From positions 205,034,001-205,098,000 of the forward strand of contig OX597814.1 in assembly GCA_951406725.2 (NCBI GenBank): 64,000 nucleotides of DNA, written 5' to 3'. The position numbers and the translations under genes are program-made. Below, piece by piece: positions 52,429 to 64,000 of the stretch (position 1 is its first letter; each line of letters opens with the position of its first letter). The DNA is from Octopus vulgaris. Lineage: Eukaryota. Under the pieces are notes generated by a model that was given only the letters and a program-made list of their open reading frames with translations, was not told the origin of the DNA and did no database searches.

Positions 52429-52799
52429 TGTAGATTTGTATCTTACAACCAAAAGCAGGTCTTAGGCTTTTTATCATCAAAAAAGGTTAAGAAAGATTAA
52501 TAAAAACCAGTAAAATAATTATTTAATAAACAGACACGTTCAAGGTTTCTAATGTCTGTTTTTTTTGTTTGTTTGTTTCTGTAATTTCTTGTGATAGATG
52601 TATCCACTCTAATTATAGTGTTTAATTATTATAGTGTTAATTATTAATAAATAAACTGTTTATTTCTCAGCTTTTGTCTTTTGATGAGTTTTCTTTCATG
52701 AAAATGATCAAAGTTTTAATTAAAACCTGGAAAACCCCAGCCAGAATCGTTTGTTGTTAGAATTCATGGTGATTCCACATTTTCACTGTTATCATGTTC

Positions 52800-53520
52800 A
52801 TCTTCAGCGCCATGTTGCTTCATATCTTAAGAAGTCTCCATTAGCCATTTCTTCACCAGGAGATTCAATAAATTCCACCAAATTTTCTCAATTCATTTCC
52901 TTGATTTCTGCATGGTACATTCATTACAACAAACATCAGATAAACATTTTCTATTATTGACTTCTTGAAATCCAGGAAGTTGTGGGTCAGTCTGGGTGGC
53001 TTTAATTCAGACAATACCCACTGTAGTTATTCCCACCCATCACCAGACTGCAGTTAAATTTTCTCTCACATTAAAATTCCTTTACAAAAATAGTTTTGGT
53101 TTTACCATTTCAGAACAATGTCATTTGCTTAGATTCACCATAAAACTCAGGCTTTGAATGTAGTAACAACTCACCTCCTGGTTCCTAAGTCCAATCCAAC
53201 CGGTTGTGTTTCGGTGGCCCAAAAGCTAACACTAACTGTCAGGTCGTCCATGCTAGGTGAGTCAACTGAAGCATTGTCCACAAGAAGCTTTATTTCTGTT
53301 GGCCTTTTGCACATGACATTAAATGGAGATTCTAATAAAATGGGACAAATAGATAAATAACTGTGGAGATGGAATAAATGTGCAAATTGAAACAATGCAG
53401 CTGAACAAGAAACTGTTATACACAGACTGCCAGATGCAAAGAGTAGCAACTTCTGCCAATGTTTATTCCTTGATTTATGCCTGTTGCAATGACAGCTAAA
53501 TGTGCTCTGTGCCCAACTGC
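52800..53520 (-). pseudogene. Decayed Tigger/pogo transposase, DDE and C-terminal part
   Basis: IKLLVDNAS..SPSMDDL..VSF...QP, VVTTFKA, VKEF and LVEFIESPGEEMANGD resemble DDE_1 family motifs. Confidence 0.65.
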
Positions 53521-53524
53521 TGTG

Positions 53525-53825
53525 AAGAGAGAGAGAGGGGGAGGGAAAGAGAGAAAGAAAGAGAGAAAAAGAGAAAGTGAGAGAGAGAAAGAAAGAGAGA
53601 AAGAGAGAAAGAGAGAGAGAGGGGGAGAGAAAGAGAGAAAGAAGAGAAAGAAAGAGAGAGAGAAAGAGAGAGAAAGAAAGAAAGAAAGAGAGAGAGAGAA
53701 AGAGAGAGAAAGAGAAAGAAAGAGAGAGAAAGAAAGAGAGAGAAAGAAAGAGAGAGAAAGAAAGAGAGAGAGAGAAAGAAAGAGAGAGAAAGAGAAAGAA
53801 AGAGAGAAAAAAGAAAGAGAGAGAG

Positions 53826-53856
<31 letters not shown>

Positions 53857-53925
53857 AAGAGAGAGAAAGAGAGAGAAAGAGAGAGAAAGAGAAAGAAAGA
53901 GAGAGAAAGAAAGAGAGAGAAAGAA

Positions 53926-53964
<39 letters not shown>

Positions 53965-54019
53965 AAGAAAGAGAGAAAAAAGAAAGAGAGAAAAAAAGAA
54001 AGAGAGAGAGAGAGAGAGA
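53525..54019. repeat. Polypurine (GA/GAAA)n tract, ~495 bp
   Basis: Seen directly in the sequence. Confidence 0.97.
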
Positions 54020-54029
54020 ATATTTAGGA

Positions 54030-55400
54030 ATGAAATTAGTAGTATTACAGAAATTCAATGATGGCCAACAAGTTGTAGGTATTGGAAGAGATCTCAATCT
54101 GCAACCAATGAATGCATGAACAAGTCATAGTAATGCCAAAAAATGTACACTTTGTTCTCAAAGAATAACATTTTTAGCTGCTGCAAAATAACCAACAATT
54201 AGAAGAGAACCAAGTGGGAAATATACAAAGACTTTTAATTTGGAGGAAATAAACCAACGTATCACACCATGTTCACAACTTGACAAATAAAAGTCCACTG
54301 TTTGTTTGATAACCTAAAGAAAACACACAGTTCTAGTGGCAAGTCATGGTTGGTTTGAGTGCTTCAAAGCTCACTGAAGATTATAAATAACACACAGATA
54401 ACAAGTGAGTCTGAGCGAGTCTGGAAGTTCTGACAAAGAAGCTTTACTGAAAAATATTGACAAAAGAGAATACAATCTGCAATTAATTTTTAATGTAAAT
54501 GAGGCAGACATGTTTTGTAAATGGATGCCAAACAGAACTTGCATTTCAAAAGAAGTCCAAAACCAGAGTTGGGTTTGTGGTTGCTAGAAGTTGCCTGACT
54601 TTTCTATGTGATGGTCATGCTTTGGATTGTCCGAAACTCAAAGCATTGGTTGTTTATCATTCTAAGAGACCAGTAACCATAAAAGGATAGCTTAAATCCC
54701 AGCTTTCTGTTATATGGTGATCATCATCATCATCGTTTAACGTCTGCTTTCCATGTTAGCATGGGTTGGACGGTTTGACTGAGGGCTGGCGAACCAGATG
54801 GCTGCACCAGGCTCCAATCTTGATTTGGCAGAGTTTCTACAGCTGTATGCCCTTCCTAATGCCAACCACTCCGAGAGTGTAGTGGGTGTTTTTACATGCC
54901 ACCGGCACGGGGGCCAGTTAGGTGGTACTGGCAACGACCTCACTTGAATCTTTTTACAAATGCCACCAGCACAGGTGCCAGTAAGGCGACGTTGGTAACG
55001 ATCACGCTCAAATGGTGCCCTTTTATGTGCCACTGGCACGGAAGCCAGTTGGCTGCTCTGGCAACGATCACGCTCAGATGGTGCTCTTGGCACCCTACTA
55101 GCACGGGCAGAAGTGCCAGTAAGGCGACGCTGGTGATGATCACACTCGAATGATGCCTTTTATGTGCCACTGGCATGGAAGCTGGTTAGTTGCACTGTCA
55201 ACGATCATATGAAAAAAAAGGCAATGCACCACCAAAAGAATGTTGCAAGTGTGGTCTAAATTTGTTTTTCTTCTCAGACCTGACAGATAATGTTCAAATA
55301 GCATTTGGACCATCAAACACTTTATGGTGAATCTTTAAGCAAATGATTCTGTTCTGAGATGGTGAAACCAAATCTATTTTCTGTAAAGGAATTTTAGGTT
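54030..55400 (+). pseudogene. Decayed Tigger/pogo transposase, interrupted by an RTE tail at 54719-55207
   Basis: Remnants are KLVVLQKFNDGQQVVGIGRDLNL (CENP-B-like HTH), ASHGWFECFK and QLIFNVNEADMFCKWMPNRTCISKE (compare FNxDETGLFWKxMP). Confidence 0.8.
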
Positions 55401-55926
55401 TGTATGTTAAGTGTTTGTTAGGGATCCTGTGTATGGAGGTTGATAGGTAACTGAATGTTTGCTCTCTCTCAGTCTGTAGCTTTTTGTAGGCTGCAGACGT
55501 TTCTACATCTCTCCAGGTGTTTAAATGTGTTCAGACATTTACTTTAGTTCTAGGTTTTCAGTTTGACAAAGAAAATCAGCTTCTGTAGATGTAAATGCTC
55601 TGTAAAATATTAAGGAGCCATGAAACCCCCTCACGTGTACGTCCTGTGATGTTTAGGTTTATTCAGAGGTTCAGACTTTATCAGATATTATCTTTTATCT
55701 TTTACTTGTTTTAGTCATAAGACTGTGGCCATGCTGGGGCAACACCTTCAAGAATTCTTTTTTTTTTTCAGTTGAATGAATTCATCCCAGTACTTATCTT
55801 CCTTTAAGTCTGGGAATTTTTCTATTGGTGCCTTTTACCAAATTGCTATGGTACAAGGATGTAAACACACCAACAGCAGTGTTGAGGGACAAAATAAAGG
55901 CACAAAGACACACAACATATATGTAT

Positions 55927-55969
<43 letters not shown>

Positions 55970-56044
55970 CATACATATATATACACACATACATACATAT
56001 ACATACATGCACACATATACATACATATACACACATATACACAC

Positions 56045-56075
<31 letters not shown>

Positions 56076-56652
56076 TTTCATCATTATCATCATCATCATT
56101 TGGCATCCCTTTTCCAGGGGTTAGACAGTTTGACTGGAACTGGTAAGCTGAAGAGCTGCTCCAGGCCCCCCAGTTTGTTTTAGTTTGGTTTCTACGGTCA
56201 GATGCCATTCCTAACACTGACCACTCCATGGAGTGTAGTGGGTGCCCTTTATGTATCACCGGCACTGACCACAACAACAATTTCACATGTCTTCTCAAGT
56301 ACAGCAAATCACCAAAGGCTTTGGTCAGTTGTCATTGCCTCCATGGGACTCAACATCTAAAGGTCATGCTTCCCCACCTTGTCCCATGTCTTCCTGGGTC
56401 TGCCTCTCCCACAGGTTCCCTCCATAGTTAGAGATCAGCACTTGTTTATTCAGCTGTCCTCGTCCATAAGCATCACATGGCCATACCAACACAGTCTGCC
56501 GCTACTTTGTGAGTTCAAATTCCACCGAGGTCGACTTTGCCTTTTATCCTTTCGAGGTCGATAAATTAAGTACCAGTTACGCACTGGGGTCGATGTAATC
56601 AACTTAATCCTTTTGTCTGTCCCCTCTATGTTTAGCCCCTTATTGGTAGTAA

Positions 56653-56937
56653 AGAAATATATATATTATATATGCCAGCCTCGCCTGGCCCCCGTGCCGG
56701 TGGCACGTAAAAGCACCATCCGTTTGTGGCAGTTTGCCAGCTCCGTCAGGCACCTGTGCGGGTGGCACGTAAAAAGCACCCACTACACTCATGGAGTGGT
56801 TGGCGTTAGGAAGGGCATCCAGCCGTAGAAACACTACCAGATCTGACTGGGCCTGATGCAGCCTTCCAGCTTCACAGGCCCCAGTTGAACCGTCCAACCC
56901 ATGCTAGCATGGAAAACAGACGCTAAATGATGATGAT
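56653..56937 (+). mobile_element. RTE 3' tail
   Basis: Matches the consensus. Confidence 0.85.
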
Positions 56938-57069
56938 ATTTAAATAGATGTTAAAATAGCCTCATAAAGGGATAAAAATGTCCAATGAATTGCTGGTTTG
57001 CTGCCTATTTTTTTTGTGGATAGTAATATCCCTAAAATAAGAGGTTTAAGTATTCAGAAAATGGAGAAA

Positions 57070-57503
57070 TAGCATTAATATAATTTATTAACGGCAACAA
57101 TTCAACATGTTCTCTTAAAGCTGTTTCAATTTTGCTCAAAGAATTAAATTCCAGGAATTAAAATAATTTATTGGACAATATCTCGTCAGAGGAGTAAAAT
57201 AGACATAGCATTGGGTTATTAGATGTTATACTTCTGATGAGATTTTGCCCAATAAAATATTTTAATTACTGGAATTTAATTCATCATCATCATCTCATCG
57301 TTTAATATCCGTTTTCCATGCTGGCATGGGTTGGATGGTTTGACTGGGGGCTGGCAAACCAGAAGGCCTCACCATCAACCATGTTCGGCTGGTGCTTTTT
57401 ACATGCCACTGGCACGGGGAGCCAGTCAGGCATCCTTTAGGTATAATCGAAACTGCTGTAAGAGAACATTGAATTTTTGCAGTTAATAAATTATATCAAT
57501 GCT
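57070..57503. mobile_element. Head-to-head inverted PLE-like termini, each with hammerhead core boxes; right arm interrupted by an RTE tail (57282-~57440)
   Basis: Left (-) reads CUGACGA...GAAACAGCUUUA-AGAG at 57112-57193. Right (+) has CUGAUGA at 57234 and GAAACUGCUGUA-AGAG at 57449. Confidence 0.72.
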
Positions 57504-57904
57504 ACTTTTACTCTTTGACTTGTTTCAGTCATTTGACTGCGGCCATGCTGGAGCAACGCCTTTAATCGAGCAACTCGACCCCGGGACTTATTCTTTTGTA
57601 AGCCTAGTACTTATTTTATCGGTCTCTTTTGCCGAACCACTAAGTTATGGGGACATAAACACACCAGCATCGGTTGTCAAGCAATGCTAGGGGGACAAAT
57701 ACAGACACACAAACACACACACGCATATATATATATACATATATACGACGGGCTTCTTTCAGTTTCCGTCTACCAAATCCACTCACAAGGCTTTGGTCTG
57801 CCCGAGGCTATAGTAGAAGACACTTGCCCAAGGTGCCACGCAGTGGGACTGAACCCGGAACCATGTGGTTGGTAGACAAGCTACTTACCACACAGCCACT
57901 CCTG
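57504..57904 (-). mobile_element. SINE family A
   Basis: Near-full-length reverse-complement match. Confidence 0.9.
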
Positions 57905-58351
57905 TACATTTTCTGAATTTTAGTTTGTGTGTGTGTGTGTGTGTATATTTTACTGGGGAAGGCTGGTTTATGGGGTTACCCCGGGTTTTCTGTGCTTAAA
58001 GGGTTTAACTTTATGGCGTATCGTCATACCCCAAAACCTGTTGAGAGGAAACCCAGGATAAACCCATAAATTGGAGTGTGCTCCTTCTCTGAATTTATGT
58101 TTTCTAAAAACAATATCTATCTATCTGGTGGACGTGTCTGAAAGGATTAGAGACAAACACTTTCCTCTCTGGTCAATCTCTCATCAACTTCATCAAGTAT
58201 CACTTGAAAAGGAAAGTGAGAGTAGAGAGACAAGTTTTGTCTAGCGAATGTTTAAAAAAAAAAGATGGGTGAATGTAGCAAGGATGGCACGTATGAATGA
58301 CGAAGCCATCTTGAGCATAATCCTATGAACCCGGAAAAATTTAAAACAGAG

Positions 58352-59401
58352 GGATCTTTTCTGTTTGATGGACGGAATTTTCTAGTTAACTAAAAAATTT
58401 GAAACTTCGTATACTGGTAGAATCTGTCAAAAGAAAACATTATTGTAAACAAAATTGTAATTTGTAACTTAAACGTAGTTTAATTTTACGAATTTTAACC
58501 AATGAAATCTCAGCATCTTCGAATTTTAACCAATGAAATCCCAGCATTGCTGCGTAATTGATATTGATAAAGAAATATAGCAGACACACGACACACTCTC
58601 TCTCTCTCAAACACATGCATATACATTTGCACAAGCACATAGTAATATATAAGCGTACACACACATACAAACGGACATATACATACACACACAAGCATAC
58701 ATACACGTTCGTGAGTTGCCCCTTGCCGTAACAAATTTACACAAAAAGTAAATAAACCAGAAGGGGTGGGGGTCAATGTTTCATCGTTTCGGGGTCGATA
58801 AATTAAGTACCAATTACGCACTGTTGTCGAGGATTTTTTCCCCAATTTATATCACAGTTTCCGACAAGCTGGGGGCATCCTTTTATGAAAAAATATTTCA
58901 CAAATTTTTACAAATGGCCCCAGCATGGCCACAGCTCGTGAGCTGAAACTAGAGAAAATAAAAATAATACGACTCACACTCCACGCGTAAACTCTAGACC
59001 GATTTAGGCATATTATTGTTTTGTTTTCGTTGTTTCTGGCCCTTCAAAACCATGAGAGAAGCCTTTTCAGTAAAAAAAAAATAAAGAAAATATTCAAAAA
59101 ATATCGTTAATATTTTTATTGGGCGACGAAATTCATCGATTTAAGAGATATAGCTGTTATTTCTAGCACATGTAAAAGACAGAAGACATAAGAGAGAGAA
59201 AGGATGAATAAGACGTGTGTGTGTGTGAGTTTTTAGACGCAGCAAATAATTTTAGCTTGAATGCTGTGATTTCATTGGTTAAAAGTTACGAATTACAATT
59301 TTGTTTACAATCATGTTTTCTTTTGACACATTCTACAAGTATACGAAGTTTCAAATTGTTTAGTTAACTAGAAAATTCCGTCCATCAAACAGAAAAGATC
59401 C
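58352..59401. mobile_element. Non-autonomous DNA transposon with long TIRs (Merlin- or Mutator-like)
   Basis: TIRs of about 125 bp or more begin GGATCTTTTCTGTTTGATGGACGG. There is a perfect 8-bp TSD aaacagag at 58344-58351 and 59402-59409. Confidence 0.85.
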
Positions 59402-59694
59402 AAACAGAGAGTTACTTACTTGCAAATAAATGTGTTAACATGTGACATTATTGACCGCAGTTACCGTGGTCTTTTCTGTAGGCTTTTCTTTCCCCCTTTA
59501 CACCATGACATTTCTGAGATACACGATCCCTATTGATCGTGTTTTTTCTTTTTTTTTACGATCCCTTTTGATCAAAAACCTACCCCCTCCTTTTTTTTCT
59601 CCCCCAAAAGAAAAGCTCTACTTTGTAATTGTCCCCTGTGTTCAGCCTTGTGTGGCTAATAAAAAAAACATATATATATATATATATATATATA

Positions 59695-59870
59695 TTGGTA
59701 AAAACGGTAAGATAACAAAAGAAAGAAAGAGACCTCAATATTATGTAAATAGAGGAAATTTATCTGTAAATTAATATGTTACCATTATGCAATGGCCAAG
59801 ATAAAACTTTAAGTTTCGGATGCCGAAGTGGCAATCCACAACACCATCTGGCCAGATAACCGAAGAGATG
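59695..59870 (-). mobile_element. PLE-like terminus of the same family as 15.9-16.05 kb, with a decayed hammerhead core
   Basis: Shares ggcatccGAAAct...gttttat and ttcctctatttac.taata..gaggtct with the 15.9 kb copy. Confidence 0.55.
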
Positions 59871-59947
59871 GTGTTGTGGATTTCCACTTGGATAATGGTA
59901 CCATTGAATAATGGTAACATTAATTTACAGATATATATATATATATA

Positions 59948-60221
59948 TAAGGTAGGTGTATAATTATTGCAGCTTTTTTTCTTCAACAAAAACAATAACA
60001 ACATGTAACAAAAACATCTTTAAATGATGATTCCGGATCATATTCACCATCTACTTCAGTTACTGCTTCCCATTTGCTTGGCAGACGATCAGACCATCAT
60101 TTAAAGATGTGAATTTTTAATTATTTTCTGAGATTTTACAAAAACAACAAAAATATTAAAAAAAATTTTTTTTTTTATTGTTATTGTTGAAAAAAACCGC
60201 AATAATTATGCACCAACCCTA
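59948..60221 (-). mobile_element. mariner-derived MITE
   Basis: Inverted copy of 18060-18316, with TIRs in a TA context. Confidence 0.8.
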
Positions 60222-60289
60222 TATATTATATATATATATATATTGCTGGCATCGTTTCTGTCTCGGGAGACAATGGAGTTGCGCATAAA

Positions 60290-60865
60290 ATACTCTAATC
60301 CGGCTTTTACATTTCATGTCTGGGACAATAATAAGCTGACCAAGACCACAAAAATGAAGATTTACCAGGCATGTGTACTTAGCACTGTACTGTATGGAAG
60401 TGAGACTTGGACGCCATACACATGCCAATAGTGTCACCTAAATATCTTTCACCTGCGCTGCCTCCGGAAAATCCTTGGCATCAAATGGCAGAATCATGTC
60501 CCCAACAAAGATGTCCTCAAGCAAGCAGGAATACCAAGCATGTTTGCACTCCTCACACAAAGACGTACGAGATGGCTTGGACATGTTAGCCGTATGGAAG
60601 ATGGCAGAATCCCCAAGGACATACTCTACGGAGAGCTTGCTAGAGGCTCTAGGTCTGTGGGAAGACGGTTCTTACGATTTAAGGATGTTTGCAAAAGGGA
60701 AATCAATATTAGCAACTGGGAAGCAGTTGCCAGCAACCGTGGAGATTGGCGACATACCGTAAAAGAGGGAACACAAAGGAGTGACAGAGAGAGAAAGAAA
60801 TGGAAAGACAAGAAAAGACGTCAACAAGAATCTATAACATTACAACCAGCCAGGCAAAGTCCTCG
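60290..60865 (+). pseudogene. RTE/BovB-like LINE ORF 3' fragment
   Basis: Translates as KIYQACVLSTVLYGSETW...LRKILGIKWQNHVPN...RWLGHVSRMEDGRIPKDILYGEL. Confidence 0.85.
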
Positions 60866-60866
60866 C

Positions 60867-60921
<55 letters not shown>

Positions 60922-60923
<2 letters not shown>

Positions 60924-61125
60924 CTGCTTCCCAGTTGCTAATATTGATGTTGCAGGCCTTCATGTCCCTTTTGCAAACATCCTTAAATCGTAAGAACGGT
61001 CTTCCCACAGACCTAGTGCCCCTAGCAAGCTCTCCGTAGAGTATGTCTTTGGGGATTCTGCCGTCTTCCATACGGCTAACATGTCCAAGCCATCTCATAC
61101 GTCTTTGTGGGAGAAGTGCAAACAT
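60922..61125 (-). pseudogene. Inverted second copy of the BovB-like fragment
   Basis: Translates as MFALLPQRRMRWLGHVSRMEDGRIPKDILYGEL...KRDMKACNINISNWEAV. Confidence 0.85.
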
Positions 61126-61132
61126 TATATAT

Positions 61133-61546
61133 AGGCGCAGGAGTGGCCGTGAGGTAAGTAGCTTGCTTACCAGCCACATGGTTCCGGGTTCAGTCCCACT
61201 GCGTGGCACCTCGGGCAAGTGCCTTCTACTATAGCCTCGGGCCGACCAAAGCCTTGTGAGTGGATTTGGTAGACGGAAACTGAAAGAAGCCCGTCGTATA
61301 TATTTATATATATATGCATGTGTGTGTTTGTTTGTGTGTCTGTGTTTGTCCGCCCAACATTGCTTGGCAACCGATGCTGGGGTGTTTATGTCCCCGTCAG
61401 TTAGCGGTTCGGCAAAATAGACCGATATAATGGGTGCTGGGCTTACAAAGAATAAGTCCCGGGGTCGACGATTTGCTTGACTAAAGGCGGTGCTCCAGCA
61501 TGGCCGCAGTCAAATGACTGAAACAAGTAAAAGAGTAAAAGAGTAA
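61133..61546 (+). mobile_element. SINE family A, full length
   Basis: Head, microsatellite and (aaagagt)n tail are all present. Confidence 0.9.
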
Positions 61547-62289
61547 ACGCATACATATATAACAAACTTTGGTTGTAGAACAAACAACAAATTTAAGGTC
61601 ATCCACTTAACATATCACATCTCGAACATTTAATCACAGATAAAGAAACAGAATGCTTTTTCTTATACATAGAATACGGATGCATAAAATCTCAGAAGAT
61701 GAAACAATATTTCATTAGACAAGCATATAAAAAAATGTGAGTACAGTCTGTCGCAATATAAGAAATTAAAACTTAATACTTCAGTGTCTAAGATAAATTT
61801 TTTTTAGCAGTAGAACACCTAGAATAATGAATATATAAGAATATGTATATATAAGAAACATAAATATATAAGGTATAGATAAAAGTTCATCGATTAAGAA
61901 TTTTTTTACGATTAAAAGTTATAAAAGTTCATCGATTAAGAATTTTTTTACGATTAAAAGTTACTCTTTAAGATAAGGAGAAACCTATTAAGAAAAGCCA
62001 GTGTCCAAGCAAATATAAAGAAACCATATTTACAGTCCCTATGGCCAGTTCAGGGGTTCATCAATGTAGTTAATGTACGAGGGGGGGGCAAACACCACAT
62101 AACAAGACGAGACTTCTTTGGGAAAAATCGATTGTAACATTGCATGGTTTCTTATTTAAGGGGTCATGCTCAGACCAGTCCAAATATTCGAAATTTTTTT
62201 TAAATCAAAAAAAAAAAAAAAAAAAGAAAAGAAAATTATACAAATAGCCGTATTAAAGTAAAGCCAGCCTCGTCGGTTTCAATTCCCTG

Positions 62290-63120
62290 TAAAGACTAAA
62301 TGATTTAATTACTTCGACAGTTTATTCCTATACACTTTTAAGAAGGTAGACGAAAATTTATGGATGCAAAAAGGGATCACATCAGTAAATTTATTCAAGA
62401 TGTTTGGTTCAAAAACATTTAAGGATGGTAAGGGATTCCCTTATACACAGCTTATATTTCCTTTGAAGTTAGGGGTTCTAGAAACGATGGACCATTCTAG
62501 ATAATAATTCTTGTTATTCCTCTTCAAATCATGTACATGGGATGCAAGTGTGGTTGAATTACAGAATTACACTACTTATCCTTAGAAAACGAACTCATAT
62601 GAGATCTCTATATCTAGCTTTAAAATCTACCATACTACCTATATAAAATTCATTTAATTTATCTTCGTCCATAACTAATATATTCGACGTTAGTAACCGG
62701 ACAGGAACGATCCAAGGGGCATAATTCGGAGTTTCTACAATTACATTTCTTCCCAGGGCTTTTTCTAGTTTTATCTTTATTTTTACATTTACTTTTTGTA
62801 TCATCAGTTCTCGCCAGGTTTCCTTCTTTCATTTCGTCAGATCTTCCCTTACTACTCGGGTTCGATAAACCCGGTGAAAGCAAGCTGCTTGTACCATTTA
62901 TTATTCACAGGTCTGGGGTTACCCTCAGAGGAACATCCCCAGCAAGTTTGCTTATATTAATAGATGCAATAATCGAGGCGAAATTAGGCATTACAGAGTA
63001 AGAGAACTTGATAGTTGACTTGTTACAAATACTATAGTATTTGTGATTCCTTGGGAAGTTCTCCTTCAAAATTCTAAAAAACATTTTTGGTAAGTTCCTT
63101 ACTCTAAGGAACTTACCATT
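62290..63120 (-). pseudogene. Decayed Penelope-like element, C-terminal linker plus GIY-YIG endonuclease
   Basis: Remnants are ILKENFPRNHKYYSICNKSTIKFSYSVMPN, KCNCRNSELCPLDRSC, FYIGSMVDFKARY and STTLASHVHDLK. Confidence 0.85.
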
Positions 63121-63121
63121 T

Positions 63122-64000
63122 TAGACTGTCGTGCCCTGTCCGGATTTGTGGTTGAGCAAGTTGGAGAGGCAAATCTTTCGCTTTTTGTGGAAGGGCTTCC
63201 CTCCTCTTGTAAGATGTTCTATTTGCTGCCAGAAACCGTTAAAGGGTGGGTTGGGGATGCCTTGGCTAATGATGCGCAGACATGGCTCTACCTGGATGGT
63301 AAGCGGGTGTGGTCTCCGCTCACTAGACAGATTTTCCCCGGCTTTACCGGCTTTGGTGATAGAGAAAACTGGTTTCATCGCAGAGTGCTGCAAAGCACTT
63401 CTCCAGTTCCGCAGTACAGGCAATGCCAGCGGTTTCGGTACCACCACAGCGTTCTATAGCAGGTTGGTAGAGGCTGGAAATGACAATGACTTGGGGAGGA
63501 CCCTGAGTCTTGATGATAACCATCCTTAAATGATTTTGAACCAAACATCTTGAATAAATTTACTGATGTGATCCCTTTTTGCATCCATAAATTTTCGTCT
63601 ACCTTCTTAAAAGTGTATAGGAATAAACTGTCGAAGTAATTAAATAAACTCACCAGACATGGCCATCCTGGGCCGTCGGCCTGCCTAAGATGTGAGCGGG
63701 ACGTGGAAACCGTCCTGCACGCTATTGTGCAGTGTCCTGGCGTTTTAGAAGTGTGGGTTTACGCGGAACACCTGTTGACAGATGTGAGAAGAGTACAGCT
63801 ATCAGCTGAATCGATTCTAAAAAATCAACCCACCGGACTTCCTTACGGATGAAGGTAAGAACTGTTTTCTCATAGTAGTAGCAATTGCGAAAGAGATGAT
63901 TTGAAAGTCGAGGATGAAAGGTTTTGTGACAGACTGCTTCATATCTGAACCCGCCTTGGTAAAGGTTTTTACGTTTCACCTGAAAAGAAAGGTGGGGCTG
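63122..64000 (+). pseudogene. L1/Tx1-clade LINE ORF2 C-terminal fragment, interrupted at ~63520-63645
   Basis: Translates as LERQIFRFLWKG...PLKGGLGMP, followed by the CCHC zinc knuckle CLRCERDVETVLHAIVQCP. Confidence 0.8.

Noticed and set aside
53171-54119. 308-aa minus ORF with an apparent acceptor and GTGAGT donor, plus R/E/K-rich plus ORFs
   Set aside because: The ORFs come from the GA repeat and decayed Tigger DDE sequence, and the transposase similarity continues past the apparent donor.

Overview
This is animal genomic DNA that is very rich in repeats and microsatellites. The SINE families, the (GAT)n-tailed RTE LINEs and the microsatellite density suggest an octopus or another coleoid cephalopod, though this is an inference. 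Most of the window is transposable-element debris: tRNA-derived SINEs, about 25 RTE 3'-tail copies, one young 5'-truncated RTE (26981-30385), CR1-group, BovB-like and Tx1/L1 fragments, two decayed Penelope-like elements (PLEs), Tc1/mariner, Tigger, hAT and Merlin-like DNA elements, and non-autonomous Helitrons. Two signals stand out. First, one architecture recurs: head-to-head inverted repeats with minimal hammerhead-ribozyme motifs near their outer ends, the largest being a ~5.9 kb palindrome (7444-13338), with smaller cases at 15.2-16.0, 49.3-49.6 and 57.1-57.5 kb. Second, a phase-consistent five-exon + strand gene model (21817-41229) encodes a protein I do not recognise, and the splice acceptor of its fourth exon has been tandemly amplified. 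Most ORFs in the supplied track are microsatellite or TE artefacts. Coordinates were read by eye, so boundaries of degenerate elements are approximate.
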